DNA of 64,000 bases from an uncultured Candidatus Saccharibacteria bacterium. Lineage in GTDB: Bacteria > Patescibacteriota > UBA1384 > XYA2-FULL-43-10 > 1-14-0-10-43-13. Below, one piece after another: positions 9,262-19,244 of the stretch (position 1 is its first letter; the number at the start of each line of letters is the position of its first letter). Position numbers and translations under genes: made by a program. The DNA is taken from NCBI GenBank assembly GCA_964628585.1, contig CAZVMH010000002.1, positions 33,751 to 97,750 on the forward strand, read 5' to 3'. The notes beneath the pieces were generated by a model that was not told the DNA's origin, did not search any database, and saw only the letters and a list, made by a program, of their open reading frames with translations.

Positions 9262-9883
9262 GTTATTAGTTTTTGTTTTTGGTTTGTTATCTGTGACATC
9301 TTTTGCCACAAATGCTTATTATGGTGACCAAGCGACAGTTTCTGGCAATGAATTCTCCACAGGCACTTGGAGCCTCCCAGAAGCAAGGGTAGTAATGAAT
9401 GAAGTTTACTACGATGTTGATGATGTGCATGGTGGCATGGAAGACGAATGGATTGAGCTTTATAATGCTGGAAATGCTTCAATCAACATTAAAGATTGGT
9501 ATTTAGAAGACAATATGGGTTATTCCGATAGAGAAGTTATTAATCAAAATTATATTATTGAACCTGGTCAGTTTGTTCTGCTTTCAGCCAATGCTAGTAT
9601 CTGGAATCAGTATTGGGGAATTGTACCAGAAAATGCAGTAAAAATTGCTTTAGGTGGAACGAGAATATTTTCTGGTCTTGGAAATAATGGGGACAGAGTA
9701 ATTCTTAAAAATGATTCAGGTCTCATTATTGACCAACTAAGTTATGGAACCGATATAACTGTTTTTAACCCTTCAATTCCTGATGTGCAAAAAGGACATT
9801 CAATTTCTAGAAATCCAGCCGGATTCGATACCGATGTGGCGAGTGATTTTATTAACCTAACAATGCCAACGCCAGGAGCATAA
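9248..9883 (+). CDS. SipW-substrate protein with lamin-tail domain
   Basis: TNA|YYGD..GNEFSTGTW followed by VVMNEVYY, EWIELYN, LGNNGD and PTPG (LTD motifs). Confidence 0.8.
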   Translation: MKLLKLLVFVFGLLSVTSFATNAYYGDQATVSGNEFSTGTWSLPEARVVMNEVYYDVDDVHGGMEDEWIELYNAGNASINIKDWYLEDNMGYSDREVINQNYIIEPGQFVLLSANASIWNQYWGIVPENAVKIALGGTRIFSGLGNNGDRVILKNDSGLIIDQLSYGTDITVFNPSIPDVQKGHSISRNPAGFDTDVASDFINLTMPTPGA

Positions 9884-10849
9884 ATGAAACTATTATCAAT
9901 CAAAAACTTCTATACGGGGGTACTAATTCTGTTATGTTTATTTTTTGCTAATATCTCTACTGTTTCAGCACAAATCTTAAATGTTGGTAATTTGGATATT
10001 GAATACGAAGGAACGGGAGCACTTTTTAACGCTACTAATATTTATCCTGGATATAGTGAAATTAAAACTATATCAGTAAAAAATACTGGACGAGTGGCTC
10101 ATTCTTTTTCTATTGCCGTTACAGGAGAATTGGGGGGACTAGCCAATGTTCTGCAGATTGAACCGAGAAATTTTGAGACAGGTGCACCCATTTGGAATAA
10201 AACAATAAGCAATATTGCTAAAGCGCCCAGTTCAGATGTGATTTTGGGTTCAATCGCTCCGAACGAAACAAGAAAGGTTAGCATTGTAGCGATTTTGCCC
10301 GAAAGCGTTGGTAATGAGTATCAGGACAGCACTACTTTTGCTTTTGATTTTGTAGTTGGGAATGAAAGTACAGACCAAAAAGAACCAAGTGAAAGTTCTG
10401 GTTCTGCGTCTGTCATAACAACATCAATAGATATTAAAAATGTTTTTACTTTAGGTCCAGCACCAATCTCTAGTAATGAAGTTGTAAAAACCGATACTCC
10501 AGAAGTGGCAACAAGCTCACAGACAGATATTGTTGAATTGGCATCGGCCAATAATGAGGGTAAAACGGAAGGTGCTACAATAGACAATAAGCCGGTTTGT
10601 TTTTGGTGGTGGGTCTTACTAGCTCTTTTGGCGGTGGTCTTAATAATATATGGGGTGATAGTTCGAAATTGCAAAAATTGGTTTTTCTTGTTCTGGCCAG
10701 TTTTCTTTGGTGCCACTACTTATGTGGTTCACTGGATTTTCCACGATTATTACAATCCTTCAAAGTGGTGTAATTGGTGGTTTATTGTCATACTTTTAGC
10801 AGAGCTTGTTATATACTATATAGTTAGGAGCAGAAGAGAAGAAGATTAA
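9884..10849 (+). CDS. TasA-like domain protein with Ser/Thr linker and three C-terminal TM helices (putative fibre anchor)
   Basis: NIYPG..ISVKNTG and VGNEYQD..FAFDF shared with the TasA-like neighbours; lacks the AxFxx..NxFxxGT N-terminal segment. Confidence 0.65.
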   Translation: MKLLSIKNFYTGVLILLCLFFANISTVSAQILNVGNLDIEYEGTGALFNATNIYPGYSEIKTISVKNTGRVAHSFSIAVTGELGGLANVLQIEPRNFETGAPIWNKTISNIAKAPSSDVILGSIAPNETRKVSIVAILPESVGNEYQDSTTFAFDFVVGNESTDQKEPSESSGSASVITTSIDIKNVFTLGPAPISSNEVVKTDTPEVATSSQTDIVELASANNEGKTEGATIDNKPVCFWWWVLLALLAVVLIIYGVIVRNCKNWFFLFWPVFFGATTYVVHWIFHDYYNPSKWCNWWFIVILLAELVIYYIVRSRREED

Positions 10850-10862
10850 ATTGGTTATATTC

Positions 10863-10893
10863 GAAAAAAGACCCATTAGTCGGGTCTTTTTTC
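10863..10893. terminator. Bidirectional intrinsic terminator
   Basis: GAAAAAAGACCC-ATTAGTC-GGGTCTTTTTTC between convergent genes. Confidence 0.8.
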
Positions 10894-10907
10894 ATTTATT
10901 TAAATAT

Positions 10908-12587
10908 TTACTTTATCAACAGCCCGCCCCATTCAACTGCTGTGAATCCAGTTCTCTTCTGGGTGGTTAGAGTTTGAGGTTTAATATCGTATGGTGTGTT
11001 CAAACCTTTGAAATCAAGAAATACTCTAATAGTAGTATCTGGCTTTGGGCTAATGGAAAGGGGAGCGAGTCTGTTCATTTGCTCTGTACCAAACCAAGTT
11101 AGACGAACAAATGGAGTAGTTGGCATTTTAGGAAGCCAGAACTCCATAAAGTCAGCCGATTCTTTTTGGTTCAAACCCAATTTAGCTAAATGATCTTTTA
11201 GCGTTGAAGCAATGTCTTCTTTTTTAACAATAAATCCGGCATCTATATTTGGATAAAGGCCCTGTCCCTGTCCTTCCCAGAAAAGATAGGGGAAGGTCTT
11301 ACCATCAACTGTCAACTGTCCGTTTGGCTTTGCAATTGCGGTCCATCCATCGTTATAAATTGGATCGCTTTTGGTAATATCGGCACCAACTTTAACAGTA
11401 ACCCTGGTTTTTTTTGTGGGGTAAAGGTAAACAACTGGCTTGCCACATTCAGCCAGAGCGCCGTAGTTAGTATTTAAATACAAGTTATAATCGCCAAAAG
11501 AATCTTTCCAAACAGTGACTGGGTTTTTGGCCCAAAATGCGTCGATAGCCAGAACGTTTGATTCTCGTCCTACAGAATAAAAACCGTGGAGAGATTTAAA
11601 AAGAGCTGAAGTCGCATCTTTAAAAGTGTAAATTTTATCTCCATTTGAAGCGGTGCCATTTTCTTTTAATAAACTTACAACGGCTTTGGCATCTGCCACA
11701 ATTGAGTTACCACCACGTATTCCACAGGAAGCGCTCATATGTTTTACGGTCGCATCTTTATTAACCGTACCATCGGCAAAGGTAAAAGCAGGAATACCGT
11801 TGTCTGACATAAAAGGCTCTTTGGCGCTATAACTGGTAACCGTACCATCGGCGTGTTTAAGATAAAGAGTTCTAGTAACTACAGCTGGATTGTCTTTATC
11901 TTCAACGGAAGTTGTTCTGTAAATATAGCCATAAACTGTCTCGGCTACTTTGGTTGGGGCTGAAAGTAATGAATAAAAATCTTCTGTCCAACCTTTAGTA
12001 AAGTTTATGCCATCGGGCGTTGAAACGATATCGGGAGAACTAATCGAACCATAAACTGTAGTAGCATCAATTTCAGCGTTCTGAATTATGTCGGCTGCTT
12101 CAGTAGCGCTGACAGAGGAATTTTTTGCTAGATAATAATATTTTCCAGCTGTGTCTTTGCGAAATCGAAGCATCGCCAAATCTCCCATACCATATGGTGT
12201 TCTTACTAGAATAATAGAGCCCCCTCCAGAGATGGTAGCAATGTTATAATATTTCGTATCACTTTCAGATGCCATTCCATTGGCGTCTGCTTTGATTAAA
12301 TTTAAACTAGCAATTTCAGTAGGGTCGTTCCATGTCACGCCAGCATCAACAATCAATTTTGCCGTGCTTATTGTTGTGGTTGTAACTGGTTTGGTTGTGG
12401 CGGTTGTGGTAGTGGGGATCGTGGTGGTTATTTCCAGGGGTTTTGAATTTTTCCAATAATAATAACCGTTAACTCCAGCCAAAATAATCATTATTGGGAT
12501 ATAAATCCAGCGGAATACCTTAGTTGCCCTATCTACTCCTTTTTTCGGATTTTTTACCTCAATCTCTTCTGTTTGCTCTTCGTTCAT
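10908..12587 (-). CDS. Membrane-anchored protein with conserved uncharacterised C-terminal KPVxYLYP...VEWGG domain
   Basis: N-terminal TM, Thr-rich linker, KPVVYLYP, YLFWEG, FWLP, FTAVEWGG. Confidence 0.75.
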   Translation of the reverse strand: MNEEQTEEIEVKNPKKGVDRATKVFRWIYIPIMIILAGVNGYYYWKNSKPLEITTTIPTTTTATTKPVTTTTISTAKLIVDAGVTWNDPTEIASLNLIKADANGMASESDTKYYNIATISGGGSIILVRTPYGMGDLAMLRFRKDTAGKYYYLAKNSSVSATEAADIIQNAEIDATTVYGSISSPDIVSTPDGINFTKGWTEDFYSLLSAPTKVAETVYGYIYRTTSVEDKDNPAVVTRTLYLKHADGTVTSYSAKEPFMSDNGIPAFTFADGTVNKDATVKHMSASCGIRGGNSIVADAKAVVSLLKENGTASNGDKIYTFKDATSALFKSLHGFYSVGRESNVLAIDAFWAKNPVTVWKDSFGDYNLYLNTNYGALAECGKPVVYLYPTKKTRVTVKVGADITKSDPIYNDGWTAIAKPNGQLTVDGKTFPYLFWEGQGQGLYPNIDAGFIVKKEDIASTLKDHLAKLGLNQKESADFMEFWLPKMPTTPFVRLTWFGTEQMNRLAPLSISPKPDTTIRVFLDFKGLNTPYDIKPQTLTTQKRTGFTAVEWGGLLIK

Positions 12588-12616
12588 TTACCCCTCCTAG
12601 ATCAAATGTTATAAAA

Positions 12617-14335
12617 TTAATAGCTTATAGTCATTTTATCATATTCAATTTTTATTTTCTCGTTCTGGTCGATGTCTTTTAATATTGTGTCAAGAACTTT
12701 TTGTTTAGCTGTACCAGTTTGAAGTTGGGGTTTAGTATCTTTTTGAATTGTGGGAAGAACAATTAGTTCCAATTTATCTGCCGTAAACTTACCAGCCACA
12801 ATTAAGCCTTGTTGTGTTTCAGGAGAAAAATATTGATCAAAAAGTAGATTGCCCAAAGAATAAACAATCGGGACATTTTTGTAAATTTCGATATCTTGGA
12901 CAACATGAGGATGTGAACCAATAATTAAATCAGCACCGGCATCTATCCAGCTTTCAGCCAAGTTTTCTTGCGCTTGTGAATGAGTTTGTTCATATTCATT
13001 GCCCCAGTGAGGATAAATAACTACTTTGTTGCCTTTTTTCTTTTCGGTTTTTATTAAATTAAGATCTAAGTCGGTATTTAAAGTGTCAATGGTTATAATG
13101 GAGGCCTTAATCCCATTGCCAGAAAATTCTTTAATTGAGTCAGCATCAACTCTGGCGTCTTGACCAATAGGGGCGATATCATTCTTTTTCAATAAATCAA
13201 CAGTGTAGCTCAAACCTTTCTGTCCGTTGTTAAGAGTGTGATTATTGGCTAGACTAACTGCGTTCAGATGCATCCACTTTAAAACATCAATAGTTTTTGG
13301 AGGGAAATTGAAAACTAAACTGTGATTATAATCGGGTTCTCTCGGCACAGAGCTAATTGGTCCCTCTAAGTTAACTATCTTAAGATCTGTTCCCCAAAAA
13401 GTTCTTTCACCTAGATTTTTCATAACATCCATTAATTTTTCACCCTGGAAAAAGTATTCAATTCCTCGATCAAACATCATATCGCCACCAAAAGTAAGAG
13501 AAAAGGATTGTTCAGATGTTGATTTATTGCCTTTTTCATATAAACCCATCACATGAGTGGTGGACTCGACATCAAAATTATTACTCAAAAAACCTGAATT
13601 GGTATTGGCAAAAAGAGAAAATTTTTCTGTTTTCTCTAATTTAGCCCAAGAAAGGGCTACATTCAGAACTTCAGGCGAATCCGTTTCGGCGAGTAAAATA
13701 TTATTTATATCTAAATTATTAAGTGCAGAAATTGTAAAATCGTCATGAAGTTGAGCTAAATTGGCCGGTTGGTAATGCGAAAAATCGACAGAAGCAATAA
13801 AAAGAAGGTTTTCATTTTCTTTTTGCAAAGTAGAAATCAAATTATCAAGATCAGTTGTTTTTGTATTACTTTTAATTATTAGGGGCACGATATTAGCCTT
13901 AGGAAAAGTATTTTCAATGTCGGCCAAAATATTTTTAATGCCGTGTTCTCGTTCAAAAGCTGAATTTTCATTACAAGCAATTTTTTCTTCCACTAATTTG
14001 GTAATTATCGTTTTCTCGGCAGAAATCTTACTATCAGATAAATCCCAATCCTGATCAGTAGTCTCAATATTGCAGGATCCAGTTTGAAAATGATTTGTTG
14101 AAGCTAATACTATCGTTTTTGGATTCGTCTTGTCTTTAATCGATGCAAAAAATTCTGCTCTTTTGTCTTTTACTAGGTCGTGATGGGGGACTATTATAGT
14201 AGAGATGGTGGGTTTGCCCGCCACGAGCGGAGTTGAGGAGTTTTTAGAAACTGACCGACTGCAAAAATAGGCGATGGCGACTATTAAAGCTAAAAAGAAT
14301 ATTGCGATCCAAATTTTGGGGGAAGATTTTTTCAT
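12617..14335 (-). CDS. MEMO1/AmmeMemoRadiSam-B-like domain fused to CapA (PGA_cap) metallophosphoesterase
   Basis: IVPHH, EHG, SVDFSHY (MEMO); GDMMFDR, NLEG, LANNH, HWGNEY, GSHPHV, YSLGN (CapA). Confidence 0.85.
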   Translation of the reverse strand: MKKSSPKIWIAIFFLALIVAIAYFCSRSVSKNSSTPLVAGKPTISTIIVPHHDLVKDKRAEFFASIKDKTNPKTIVLASTNHFQTGSCNIETTDQDWDLSDSKISAEKTIITKLVEEKIACNENSAFEREHGIKNILADIENTFPKANIVPLIIKSNTKTTDLDNLISTLQKENENLLFIASVDFSHYQPANLAQLHDDFTISALNNLDINNILLAETDSPEVLNVALSWAKLEKTEKFSLFANTNSGFLSNNFDVESTTHVMGLYEKGNKSTSEQSFSLTFGGDMMFDRGIEYFFQGEKLMDVMKNLGERTFWGTDLKIVNLEGPISSVPREPDYNHSLVFNFPPKTIDVLKWMHLNAVSLANNHTLNNGQKGLSYTVDLLKKNDIAPIGQDARVDADSIKEFSGNGIKASIITIDTLNTDLDLNLIKTEKKKGNKVVIYPHWGNEYEQTHSQAQENLAESWIDAGADLIIGSHPHVVQDIEIYKNVPIVYSLGNLLFDQYFSPETQQGLIVAGKFTADKLELIVLPTIQKDTKPQLQTGTAKQKVLDTILKDIDQNEKIKIEYDKMTISY

Positions 14336-14375
14336 ACAATCATTATATCAGAGAAAAGAAACTGTGGATAAGTAG

Positions 14376-14392
14376 TGTTCGTTATTTGTTCG
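14376..14392 (+). promoter_or_regulatory. Putative direct-repeat LexA (SOS) box in the dinB promoter
   Basis: TGTTCG-N5-TGTTCG (GTTC-N7-GTTC) just upstream of the -10 TATACT at 14402. Confidence 0.55.
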
Positions 14393-14414
14393 GTATTGGC
14401 CTATACTATAGTAT

Positions 14415-15644
14415 ATGAGCAACATTAACACTCCTCCAAAAGACTATCAAGTACTTTTTCTAGACATGAATTCGTTTTTTGCTTCGGTTGAGCAACAGGT
14501 TCAACCAACTTTGCGAGGATTGCCACTTGGAGTGGCTCCATATACAGGGGATTCCGGTTGTATCATTGCTGCTTCAAAGGAAGCAAAGGCAATGGGCATA
14601 AAAATCGGTCGTATCAGTGAAGCCAAAATGCTCTGTCCAAAATTAAAAATCGTTGAATCACGCCCAGCACTATATATGCTTTATCATAAGGAGATTAAAA
14701 AAGTAATTGAAAGCTTTACGCCATATTTTACGCCTTTAAGCATTGATGAGTTTGCTCTCTTTCTAACGCCAAGAGAGCAAAATTATCAATCGGCTGCAGC
14801 GCTGGGTCGAGATTTAAAGTTAGCTATTAGAGAAAAAGTAGGGGATTTCCTAACCTGTTCAATTGGAATTGGGCCTTCAAAATTTTTAGCCAAAATGGCG
14901 GGGGAGCGGAAAAAGCCGGACGGCCTTACAGTAGTACGTTTATCGGACTTGCAAAACTTCTATACCAGCCTCAAGCTAACCGATATTACTGGGATAAATT
15001 GGCGAATGGAACAGGTTTTAAAAAATTTTTGCATCAACTCCCCTACTGATTTTTTTAATTGTTCAATGACAAGATTGCGAGAACTATTAAATCATCCAGG
15101 GCGAATGTGGTATTTTCGTCTTAGAGGATATGAAGTAGATGATTACTCTTCTCCCACTAAAACAGTTGGTCATTCACATGTTTTGCCACCACAATATCGG
15201 AGCAAGGAGGGGGCAGAGTCAGTTATCCACAGATTAATTTTTAAAACTGCTTCTCGTTTAAGGAAAGAAAATTTTTGGGCCGGCGGTGTTTCAGTAACAA
15301 TCGGATTTTGTGATCGAGGTGGTTTTTCTTTATCAAAAAAGACAGCTAGTTTTTGTGATACGAAAAGCTTAACTGATTATATTTTTCTACTATTAAAGAA
15401 CTGTCATTGGCAGAGCAGACCAATATATGTTAGCGTTTCAACTTTCAATTTAGCGCAGTTTTGTGGTAACCAAATCTCAATTTTTTCCGAAATTGAAAAG
15501 CAGAAATCAGTTTCTTTCGCCGTAGATAAAATTAATGACCAATATGGCTCTAATACAGTTTATTCCGCTTCAATGCACGGAGCACTAGAGAGCGCTCCTG
15601 ATCGCATTCCATTTGGCAGACCAAGATATGAAATATTACATTAG
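14415..15644 (+). CDS. dinB: Y-family DNA polymerase (DinB/Pol IV-like)
   Basis: FLDMNSFFASVEQ, SIDE, SIGIG..KFLAKMA, KPDGL. Confidence 0.9.
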   Translation: MSNINTPPKDYQVLFLDMNSFFASVEQQVQPTLRGLPLGVAPYTGDSGCIIAASKEAKAMGIKIGRISEAKMLCPKLKIVESRPALYMLYHKEIKKVIESFTPYFTPLSIDEFALFLTPREQNYQSAAALGRDLKLAIREKVGDFLTCSIGIGPSKFLAKMAGERKKPDGLTVVRLSDLQNFYTSLKLTDITGINWRMEQVLKNFCINSPTDFFNCSMTRLRELLNHPGRMWYFRLRGYEVDDYSSPTKTVGHSHVLPPQYRSKEGAESVIHRLIFKTASRLRKENFWAGGVSVTIGFCDRGGFSLSKKTASFCDTKSLTDYIFLLLKNCHWQSRPIYVSVSTFNLAQFCGNQISIFSEIEKQKSVSFAVDKINDQYGSNTVYSASMHGALESAPDRIPFGRPRYEILH

Positions 15645-15781
15645 TTTGTAAAGCATGAAGTTTATAAAATAAGTCATCAGTTACTTATTATTTGCGGAAT
15701 ATTGAATTGTTTAATATAATAGAACTAATGCACATTACACGCAATTTTTGCTGTATTTGAATCGCTATTTAAGTGAGGGAA

Positions 15782-17701
15782 ATGAAAAAATTGTCGTTGA
15801 CAGATATTCTAAAAACACGGACCAAGGTCAAGGTGATCGGCTTGCTTTTGGTATTTCTCTTAGCAACGCTGTGTTGGCAGTTTGTTATATCAAAAAATCC
15901 AAAAAAAAGTAGCGCTGCCACAACAATAAGTAGCAGCAAAATAGTTGGCTCTAGCAAGGAGTACGACGGTCAGGATTTAATTATCAGCGGAGCCTCGACA
16001 GTTGTTGTTCTTGACGGGGAACACAATTTTTCTTCGTTAACTATTGAAAACGGTGCTACTTTGACTCATACCACTGTTAGTCCCGAAGGCAAGATTAGTT
16101 ACAAGGATAAATTTGCTGTTCGTTGGACGGGGTACATTAAAGTGCCGATAAATACAGACTTAAGGATTGATACACACAGTGATGCTTATAACGATTTCCA
16201 ATTTGGGATAAAGGAAGTTGGCAACTCAGCATATTTAAAATCTACCCCTGGCTGGACGAAGGAGGCATATTCAACCGGTCATTTGGGCAATGCTACTGTA
16301 AAGATATACCAGATTGAGATAGACTATAAGCATCTTTTTCAAATGAAAAAATATTATTCAGAAGGGATAAAGCTTAGTTATCACGACAACGCCAACGGAA
16401 CGGTGCGTTTAGTTGAGGCAAGCATGCTTTGCCAGGACGCGAGTTGTAGCCAGACGGGGGGGCTGGCCGGAGAGTATTATGCATTTACAACTCTTGCGCT
16501 ACAAAATAGTGCGAACCCAATTGTTGATAGCAACGAACCATTTTCTAAATATGGTTGGTTGGTTAAAACTCGAACAGATGCTCAAGTAAATTTTGACTGG
16601 AGCGCTATTGCTCCGCTTGTTTTTGAAGAGGAGGGCGGGCTAAAATTAATGGTTACCAACGCGTTTAATTTAGACAGTGGCGGCAAAATCGACGTTTCAG
16701 GTAAGGGTTATGCTGGGGGAGATTTCAATGATTTGAATAGCAATAATAACTCTCCGGCGTACGGGCCCGGAGCCGGGCAGGGCCTGTATTTGAACCCTAC
16801 TCAACAAAAACCAGGAGATGGTTCCGGTGCCGGTTACGGGGGGGCTGGCTCGTTAGGAGATAGAGACAGGGACAATAATCCTGTAGGAGGCACATATCCT
16901 AATCCGTTTGATCAGTATACTACCTATCTTGATTATGGTTCTGGAGGAGGAGGAGGATATGATGGAGGACCTACAAATGAGTCCAAGGGTAGCGGCGGTA
17001 ATGGTGGTGGACTTGTTTATATTAAAGCTTCGGCCATAAGAATTCTATCTAACCAGTCATCTATTACCGCGGACGGACAGAGAAGCAATATTCATCTATG
17101 GGAAGATGATAACTGTGCCAGTGGTGGTGGCGGATCGGGTGGCACAATCTGGCTGGCCTCTAATAACATTAGTTTTCCAGCAGGAGGCTCTCCATTTAAC
17201 ATATTTGGAGCTTTTGGTGCGAAAGATGGGAGGGCAGAAGTAGGTTCTTTGTCAATTTTCGCCCAGATATCGAGTGATATCGTAAATCTTTCAGTTGCTG
17301 GGGGAAGGCCAGCCGATAGGAATGGTAACTTTTGTACTGGCGGTCAATGCGGTGGCGGTGGCGGTGGCGGAAGAATAATACTTGGTATCTACAATAATTA
17401 TAGTGTACAGAAATCCTTATCACCCATTAGCAGAACAGGTGTTAGTCCTGCTACAAATTTTAACCCTTACACTTTGCAAAAAGGGGACAAGATTGGAGTA
17501 ACACTTAAAATTGGAGGTAGTGCTACTAATTTAATTATAGATGACAACTGGTTAGCAACAAGTAATTTAACTCCGAATTATATTTGTGAACCGGTATCAG
17601 ATTCAGGTCCTCTTGATCCTCTTGCTTGGAATACCAATCCGTTAATTTGGAAGAGCATAAGTGGCGGTAGTGAAATTTATTACGAATGCATAGTAAAATA
17701 A
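15782..17701 (+). CDS. Gly-rich surface protein with PA14-like segment, pilus-locus associated
   Basis: N-terminal TM; FAVRWTGYI and VNFDW (PA14-like); IDVSGKGY, GGGGSGG repeats; shared C-terminal domain with the next gene. Confidence 0.7.
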   Translation: MKKLSLTDILKTRTKVKVIGLLLVFLLATLCWQFVISKNPKKSSAATTISSSKIVGSSKEYDGQDLIISGASTVVVLDGEHNFSSLTIENGATLTHTTVSPEGKISYKDKFAVRWTGYIKVPINTDLRIDTHSDAYNDFQFGIKEVGNSAYLKSTPGWTKEAYSTGHLGNATVKIYQIEIDYKHLFQMKKYYSEGIKLSYHDNANGTVRLVEASMLCQDASCSQTGGLAGEYYAFTTLALQNSANPIVDSNEPFSKYGWLVKTRTDAQVNFDWSAIAPLVFEEEGGLKLMVTNAFNLDSGGKIDVSGKGYAGGDFNDLNSNNNSPAYGPGAGQGLYLNPTQQKPGDGSGAGYGGAGSLGDRDRDNNPVGGTYPNPFDQYTTYLDYGSGGGGGYDGGPTNESKGSGGNGGGLVYIKASAIRILSNQSSITADGQRSNIHLWEDDNCASGGGGSGGTIWLASNNISFPAGGSPFNIFGAFGAKDGRAEVGSLSIFAQISSDIVNLSVAGGRPADRNGNFCTGGQCGGGGGGGRIILGIYNNYSVQKSLSPISRTGVSPATNFNPYTLQKGDKIGVTLKIGGSATNLIIDDNWLATSNLTPNYICEPVSDSGPLDPLAWNTNPLIWKSISGGSEIYYECIVK

Positions 17702-17710
17702 AGGATTAAT

Positions 17711-19234
17711 TTGTCAAAAATTTCATTCGGAAAAATACTTCAAAGGAAACAAAGAACAAAGGTAATAACTATAGTAATCACTACATTGCTTTTGGTTTTT
17801 ATAGGAGGCTATTTTATATCAAAAAGTCCAAGTTTAACTCATGCGGCCTCATACTATAATTCGGGGACAAATGTTTTGAATATTGATGATGTTTCTTGTA
17901 CAGCAACGCTAACTCTATATGGGGCAGGCGTTCCCAATGGAGGGACCGGTGATAGTGATGATTCTTTGCCACAAAGAATTGTAGTTACTGGCGGAACGTG
18001 TGGCACCATATCGACTGAAGTGAATGGGACCACTTTACCATCAAATGTTAGTGTTGTTATTGCCAATAAAGAAGTAAAGATGTTTACTAATCCTGGAGTC
18101 CCATTTCAAGCAAAGAATATTACTATTAATAATGGAGGTGTTTTAACTCACGACTTATTAATTGCTACAACCGATTTTAATCCTGCTGCACCAACATTTG
18201 CTTTGAATCTTAATGGTCAAAGAAAAAAAGTTGATTTGGATATTCTCTATACTGGTGCAGGAACGGGGAATTTAACTATTACAGGAAATGGAAAAATTAA
18301 CGTTGATGGTAAGGGCTACCCAGGGCGAGATGGTAGTGGATATGGGCCAGGATTTAGTCTTTCCAATAGTGGTTATAGCGGGGGTGCTGGTTATGGAGGG
18401 GCGGGAGGAGATGCTAAACAAAACGGAAGCATTGGTGGTGTTGCTTATCCCTCGATTGCGACTGCTTCACAATTAACAGAGTTATTGCCGGGATCAAGTT
18501 CCGGTTCTGATGATGGTGCTAACGGAGCGAGTGGAGGAGGAATTATACAACTTAGAATTGGGGGACAACTAACCATTGGCTTAAACGGTCTAATATCGTC
18601 AAATGGTAATAATGGATCAGATTTGTGGTTTAATCATGGAAGCGGAGGAGGATCGGGAGGAAGCATAAAGATAACTTTTTTGGCCAATCAAGTTCAATCG
18701 CCTAGTGTAAATGTAAGTTGGGGAGACAAAAGTGGCAACGGGCAAGACGGGGCTGCTGGTACGGTGTATATTAGCGGCGTTGTTCTAGCTGGTAATGCTC
18801 CTGACAGAATACAAGCCAAAGGCGGTGATGTTGCTGTTTTGTCCGATTCGGGTGGTGGTGGAGGCGGAAGGATTGCGCTTTTTGGTGTAGATTCTCCAGG
18901 CACTTTAAGTGCCAATATAACAAAAACATTAACAGCTGTTGAAAGAAATGGCTTGCCAGATACAAGTTTTAATCCTTATGCTTTGCAGAAGGGCGATAAA
19001 ATAAAAATCACTCTGACAGTATCGGGTATAAAAACATTTCCCTATATACTAGAAGATCCGTGGTTGAAAACAATAAACAATACTAAAATATGTACGCCAA
19101 TAAATGGTACGTATGCTGGATTGGGGAATCCATTTTTAGACACATCGGACTCTCAGAATAAAAAAATAGTCTGGACATTTATAAGCACGGACCCGTCTTC
19201 TCCAATTGTTGAATATCAATGTTTGGTTAATTAA
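17711..19234 (+). CDS. Gly-rich surface protein, paralog of 15782..17701
   Basis: TM; INVDGKGY, GGGSGGSI; FNPYALQKGDKI...YQC C-terminus. Confidence 0.7.
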   Translation: MSKISFGKILQRKQRTKVITIVITTLLLVFIGGYFISKSPSLTHAASYYNSGTNVLNIDDVSCTATLTLYGAGVPNGGTGDSDDSLPQRIVVTGGTCGTISTEVNGTTLPSNVSVVIANKEVKMFTNPGVPFQAKNITINNGGVLTHDLLIATTDFNPAAPTFALNLNGQRKKVDLDILYTGAGTGNLTITGNGKINVDGKGYPGRDGSGYGPGFSLSNSGYSGGAGYGGAGGDAKQNGSIGGVAYPSIATASQLTELLPGSSSGSDDGANGASGGGIIQLRIGGQLTIGLNGLISSNGNNGSDLWFNHGSGGGSGGSIKITFLANQVQSPSVNVSWGDKSGNGQDGAAGTVYISGVVLAGNAPDRIQAKGGDVAVLSDSGGGGGGRIALFGVDSPGTLSANITKTLTAVERNGLPDTSFNPYALQKGDKIKITLTVSGIKTFPYILEDPWLKTINNTKICTPINGTYAGLGNPFLDTSDSQNKKIVWTFISTDPSSPIVEYQCLVN

Positions 19235-19244
19235 AGAAGAAACA

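Noticed and set aside
129-10900. Matrix island integrated at tRNA-Trp
   Set aside because: No duplicated tRNA 3' end or integrase seen; composition matches the flanks.
14363-14371. Replication origin
   Set aside because: A single perfect DnaA box, with no cluster and no dnaA/dnaN nearby.
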